From Chloropicon primus (Eukaryota): a stretch of 64,000 nucleotides of DNA. Under the pieces are notes generated by a model. It was not told the DNA's origin. It did not search any database and was given only the letters and a program-made list of their open reading frames with translations. The DNA lies in assembly GCA_023205875.1 (NCBI GenBank), contig CP060756.1:1-64000 (forward strand), given 5' to 3'. This document shows, piece after piece, positions 58,860 to 64,000 of this stretch. The translations under genes and the position numbers were made by a program. Each line of letters opens with the position of its first letter. Position 1 is the stretch's first letter.

Positions 58860-60895
58860 ATGGAGGACGAGAAGAAGCTTAGCGCGAGCCTCCACGCCCA
58901 GCCCTTCAAGCCCGGGGCCTCGTCCTCGAGCGCGGCGGGGGGAAGCGCGGGGCCACCGGGTACGGACGCCCCCGTGGCGTCTTCTTTTAAGAACATAAAC
59001 TTGAACGCCAAGCCTTTTGTTCCACCGGGTGGAAGCGCGCCGATCCCAAAGCCCGGGGCAGGGGCGTTGTCCGCGTCCGCGGCGTCATTCAAGAACGTCA
59101 ACGCCCAGCCGTTCATACCGGGCAAAAAGGCTGAGGCACCGCCACTCCAAACAACTCAGGTAAGAAGGAGAAGTGCTTCCCGGACTGAGGTAGAGGCAAC
59201 CAGTCAGGCCTCAGGGATAAGTTTCGGGGGGCCGATTAGAAAGAAGGACGACGCGAGTGGAGCACGGTGCCGGTCTCTCTGTCGCCCCCGCGCCAACGCA
59301 TCGATTTTCACGGCTCTGTTCCCTGCTAACGCCGCGCCCCACTGGATCCTGCTCTTGCTTTGTTCTTTCTGAAACAGTCCGGAGGTCCTTCTGATTTGCC
59401 TGACCTTCCCGACGAGCTGACCGGGCTTCCGGACGACGTGGAGGACCACGAGGTCTACCTCCCCCACGACGTCGGCAACCAGGAGGAAGACATGTACCTT
59501 CACAACCCAAACTTGTATGACGAGGACGAGGAGACCTATGGGATAGAAGCTGCGATTGAGAAGCTCACAGTAAGCGACGAGACCAAGCCGGTGCAACCCG
59601 GCCACTCGAAGGTGGCGAGCCAGTTCATGGCAGAGCAGCTGAGCCAGTACCTCACGAAGAGGCAGCAGTTGATATACGCGCACGTTCCTTCCACAAACCA
59701 GTTTGGCATTCCTGACTACATCCACGTCTACCACTCCCTCCTTCCTCTGGAGGACATCACTCGAGTGAGGCCCTCCCAGGCCTTGCAGGTCAGCACGAAG
59801 GTGCTCAAGGGGGTGAGCTCGAACGATGGCTACCCTTACGCGCTGTGGCGGCTGAATGAGAACCAAGTGCCCGCGAACAGGCAAACCTTCCAGCAGGCAA
59901 AGGACGTGATCAAGAAGTGGAGCGTAGTTGCTAGCTACCCTCACATCGTGGGGTTCCGGGACGCATTTTTGAGCAACGAGTACGAGGGAGCTGCAGCATT
60001 GTACTTGGTGTACGACTTCCACCCGAAAGCGGCGACGATAGAGAAGGTCTACATAAGGACCTCGAGCAGGACCCCCGTGCCAGAGGACGTCATGTGGAGC
60101 TTTGCTGTGCAGCTTGCAAACCTCCTCATGGTGGTGCACTCGCACGGCCTGGCCCTGGGACCCTCGCTGGCGCCGTCCAAGGTGCTGATCACCAACAAGA
60201 TTAGGGTTAGAGCCAACGTGGTGGGGTTGCACAACGTGCTGCAGAAGGAATCGAGGATGAACATACAGGACCAGCAGGCGGAAGATGTCTGGAGAGTGGG
60301 GCAGCTGCTGCTTTTGATGGCCTGCAGGACGGGTGGCTCGGGCGCGGGCAACAACTTGGAGCTCGTGAACAGGCACTACTCCAAGCAGTTCGCGCAACTC
60401 CTCCAAAACCTTTTGACGATACAGAAAGGCATTCTGCCCAACGGAAGCTACTTCGCCCACCTCGTTGGCCAGCACGCTTTCACGGAGCTGAGCAACGTGA
60501 ACATGTTGAACGACATGCTTTACGAGAACTTGTACAAAGAGCTTCAGAACGGGAGGCTGATGAGGCTGCTGGTAAAGCTCGGAATGATCAACGAGCGGCC
60601 TGATGACTCCACTTCGATGCAGTGGGCAGATAGTGGCGACAGGTACTTGCTCAAACTTTTTAGGGACTTTGTCTTCCACCAGAAGACTGAGGATGGGAGG
60701 CCAAACTTGGACTTTGGTCACGTCGTTGAATCCTTGAACAAGCTCGACTCCGGGGTCCGGGAGCAGATGATGCTGCTTAGCAGGGACGAGAAGTCCGTTC
60801 TCGTCGTGTCCTATAAGGACATGAAGCAAGCCATCATCAGTGCTTACGACGAATTGAACAACAGAGCAACAACAAAGCCTCGACAGAACTGGTAG
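58860..60895 (+). CDS. PAN3: PAN2-PAN3 deadenylase subunit PAN3; intron 59160-59377
   Basis: PAM2 motifs; YHSLLPLE, VYDFHP, KELQNGRLMRLLVKLGMINERP, WADSGDRYLLKLFRDFVFHQ, LNKLDSG, LLSRDEKSVLVVSY. Confidence 0.93.
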
Positions 60896-60980
60896 GTTAC
60901 TCCTTTCTCTTACATTGTAATTTATGTTGAGCCCTTGTTTCCTAAGTCCAGTCCAACTGGATAGATGATGAATCCATGAA

Positions 60981-61969
60981 TCACACGGGCAGCTTGATCA
61001 CTGAGTCCCCCCTCAGCAGCGACCTCACGTAGTAGTAGCAGAAGTCCGCGTAGATGCCAGTCTGCACAATCTCGGAAAGAATCACAAGCAGTGGCCACAA
61101 CCCTTTCCCCATGGACGTGTATACGGCCGTTCCGTTGAGGGCAAACTCGAACACCCAGTGTAAGAAGCTAAGACCTCTTGCGCAACCCAATGCGAAGACG
61201 TAGTGCGCTGCGAACAGCTCTGTGATAACCTTCATGTTTTGCATCATCTTCAGCTGAGGCAGAATAGAGATGGACTCCACGTACACAGCGAAGGCCCAAA
61301 GCACCCTGTGCAGGTACACGTGGTTGCCAGCAGGCTGAACCAGGAACGCCAGAACAGCGCAAGGGATCAGGAGGTACTCTACCTTGAGCGAGTCGTCCGC
61401 CTTTCCATACGTGCTCTGCAGGTTGTTCTTGATGTACACAATCACGTATACTGTCAGCACCGTTGTCACCAAGTCCAGGAGCGTGTGGATGTCCTTTTCC
61501 ATCACCAGGCTGCAGTAGAAGCGAACGAAGAGGAAGATGCAAGTGAGGTATTGCGTCCTCAAAGATATTCCCGCGGCGGACTTCCTTTTCTTCACCGAGT
61601 ACAGGAGGAGGACTATTCCTCCAAGGTGAACGCACTCTGCGACCACAAACAGCAGCTCGGCGATAGCTCGAGACAGCAGGAAAACGAAGAAGATTGACAG
61701 TATCGAAGTAGCTCCTATAAGCAGGTGCTGCTGGCGCTTGCTGAGCTTCTTGAAGAACTTGGCCAGTACCAGGAGAGGATCCCGCAGGCTAACAGCAGCA
61801 CGGCACAGCACAGCAGAAAGAGGCGGTTGTTAGAAAGACCAACTTGTATTATTTCGAACCAAGGCGGTTCCTTTATGCGGGGGGAGGAAGAAACAGGGGG
61901 CTCCTCGCCTCATCGCTCTCGCTGTTTGGTTCCGACTTACCCAGCTTTGAGTTTCTTTAAGTCTTCCAT
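60981..61969 (-). CDS. ER lumen protein-retaining receptor-related (ERD2-like/ERP); intron 61940-61789
   Basis: SAAGISLRTQYLT, MEKDIHTLLD, WAFAVYVESISILPQL, HYVFALGCAR, SEIVQTGIYADFCYYY; short first exon MEDLKKLKAG. Confidence 0.88.
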
Positions 61970-62124
61970 GGTGCCGACTTGACCGCCTTGGCCTTGGCCT
62001 TGATCTGGTTCAAAAAAATTAATTCTCCAGAGAGGGAGAGGCAATCCATGAAACGGATGAAGGAGACCTGCTTTCTTGAGTTGGTTTTGTGATACATTAC
62101 TACTACTGGACAGAAGAAAATAAT

Positions 62125-64000
62125 TTAAGAAAGGCTGAGGGCGAGGTCAGACTCAAGGACCTCGTTGTAGCTTCCACAACCCTTGAGCGCAAAGAAAGTT
62201 CCCAGACCCTTCTTCACCCTAACCCTGTACTGCCTCTTGTACTCGAGGTCGTGCTGGGGGTGGAATCGGATCGTAATCTTTTGCTGCTGGGGCTGTCCGA
62301 TGCCCCGGCCCCGAATCATTCCGGAGGTTGGAGCAATCTCGAACACGGGCTTGGCCTTCTCTGCGACGGTCACCCTGTTGGAGAGCCTCCTGGTGCCGGT
62401 GCTGGAAGAGGAGAGCTTTCTTGGCTTGCTCTCCTCGAGCTCTGTTATGGACCACATCGCGTCAACGATAGTGGGGTTCGTCAGGGTCAGCTCTATCACC
62501 TTTGGAGCATTCGGATGGACGTTATCGAAGCTGATGTTGTCCTGCGACAAGGCGATCTTTGGATACAGCAGCTTCGTCTGCATGGGGAACTCCTGGACGC
62601 AGACTGTTGCGGCACCCTCCAGGACGTTCGGTCCGCTCTGCGGCAGGTACAATATCTTCAGGAAGCCGTCGATGTTCTCGAACAACCCTTCGGGCTCCGA
62701 AGTCATCTTCTGCTTCTCGTACTGTAAAGTTACGTCTACATTTTCGCTGGGGGGGATGACGAACACCTTGCTCACCCCCTTCTTGTCGGTGGCCGGCTGA
62801 GGATACGAGGTGACCACCGAGACGATCTTGTAGGGACCCTCGACCACGATGCGGCACATCACGGTTGTGCTCTGCAGATTGGTGAAGGCCAAGGACTTCT
62901 TGTAGCTTGCGTCGTCACCAGGCACGCAGGAGTGGCACGTGAACTTCAACTGCTCCAAGCCCTGCGTGTCCAGCCTTGGCTGAATTGTGTTTGCAAGGAG
63001 GTTCAATCTCAGGCTCCCCAAGGGCTCGCAGGGAGGGGCAGCAAACGGATGGAACGAGCCAGCGAGGTTTGCTCCAACGCTCTCCTCGCTTGGTTCGCTG
63101 AATTGGATGTGTTGCTTCCCCCGGATGACGGCTTCCCACACCCTGGGCACGGTGCCAGCAAACTCGATCTCTGCGCCTTTGACCGATCCCGCGGGAATCA
63201 CCAAGCTCTTTGGCAAGAGCTTGAATGGGAGCTCGCCGTCAAGGTTTTTACCCTTCTCCTCGATCGCCACCTGAACTCCCCCATCGGCCTTTGCGACAAA
63301 GTCCACAAAGGCAGGAGTGTCCTCGTTCCCGCTGTCCGTCTCTCCCAGGAGACTGACCGTCCAATCCACCTTCATGTCGAAGGAGGAAGTGTTCGAGACC
63401 CAGAACTTCCTCTTCTCCGCGGCCGAAGCCACGCAAAGGTCGCCCCAGTTGATGCTCAGAGACCTGTTGTCGACCGTCTTCTCGACGGTATAGACTTGCG
63501 ACTGGAGGGCAAGAGGGCTGCCTATGACCCCCGCCTTCACTGGGATGGACTTGCATGGCAAGCCGCCGATCTCGCAGTGAAGGGTATCAAAATACGTTCC
63601 GCACATGTTGTTCGTGCACGTGATTTGGAACTCCGTAGAGCCCCAAGGCTCCAGAGTCGTTTGCATGGGATTGGCAAGGAAGACGACTCCCCGGTTTCCA
63701 GCTTCCCTGAGGAGAGCCTTGTCCTTATCTTGGCTCAACTTGGAGTCAATCTTCCCGATCACGCTGTCACTCAAGAGCACCGTCTCCAACGCCTTTGCCG
63801 TAAGGGTTTTCGACATCTGCACTTTCCTCTTCTTCGTCGGAACCTTGGTGACCAGGGACACCATATCGGAGGACCGGAGCATCATTTCGGACATGTTGCC
63901 CGTGCCCATGGAGTGGCTAAGCTGGTCGCTGGCAAGGATCTCTTCCTGAGAGAGTCCAAAATTCTCGAACACGATGTCCACGGGGGCTCGGATGGCACTC
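62125..64000 (-). CDS. DLEC1/FAP81-like axonemal central-pair protein, C-terminal part (continues past the window edge)
   Basis: Serial ASH/Ig-like segments; NNMCGTYFDTLHCEIGGLP..IPVKAGVIGSPL; C-terminal LKGCGSYNE; frame open to base 64000. Confidence 0.7.
   Translation of the reverse strand, partial: SAIRAPVDIVFENFGLSQEEILASDQLSHSMGTGNMSEMMLRSSDMVSLVTKVPTKKRKVQMSKTLTAKALETVLLSDSVIGKIDSKLSQDKDKALLREAGNRGVVFLANPMQTTLEPWGSTEFQITCTNNMCGTYFDTLHCEIGGLPCKSIPVKAGVIGSPLALQSQVYTVEKTVDNRSLSINWGDLCVASAAEKRKFWVSNTSSFDMKVDWTVSLLGETDSGNEDTPAFVDFVAKADGGVQVAIEEKGKNLDGELPFKLLPKSLVIPAGSVKGAEIEFAGTVPRVWEAVIRGKQHIQFSEPSEESVGANLAGSFHPFAAPPCEPLGSLRLNLLANTIQPRLDTQGLEQLKFTCHSCVPGDDASYKKSLAFTNLQSTTVMCRIVVEGPYKIVSVVTSYPQPATDKKGVSKVFVIPPSENVDVTLQYEKQKMTSEPEGLFENIDGFLKILYLPQSGPNVLEGAATVCVQEFPMQTKLLYPKIALSQDNISFDNVHPNAPKVIELTLTNPTIVDAMWSITELEESKPRKLSSSSTGTRRLSNRVTVAEKAKPVFEIAPTSGMIRGRGIGQPQQQKITIRFHPQHDLEYKRQYRVRVKKGLGTFFALKGCGSYNEVLESDLALSLS

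Overview
Left end of a chromosome from a compact, GC-rich eukaryote: a (CCTAAAA)n telomere at 1-228 and a short subtelomere, then about 30 densely packed genes with few short spliceosomal introns, TGTAA poly(A) signals and microsatellite-rich leaders. The TTTTAGG repeat, gene content and style point to a picoplanktonic green alga of the Chloropicon type (inference). The main find is missed by the ORF track. The most telomere-proximal gene (minus strand, 2687-1304, 4 exons, 351 aa) encodes a thioredoxin-fold domain with an in-frame TGA in a U-G-G-C redox motif, fused to a complete hemerythrin di-iron domain, with a SECIS-like hairpin and TGTAA signals in its 3' UTR, so it is a selenocysteine redoxin-hemerythrin fusion. 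Other highlights: a 3115-aa CPLANE1/JBTS17-like protein carrying about 10 tandem AKAP-like amphipathic helices; a SIAMESE-RELATED-like CDK-inhibitor candidate tail-to-tail with cyclin A; a candidate bicistronic locus; E2F sites upstream of MSH2; a GC-AG intron; and several ciliary genes (IFT81, DLEC1/FAP81). All family calls come from motif recognition by eye. No searches were run.
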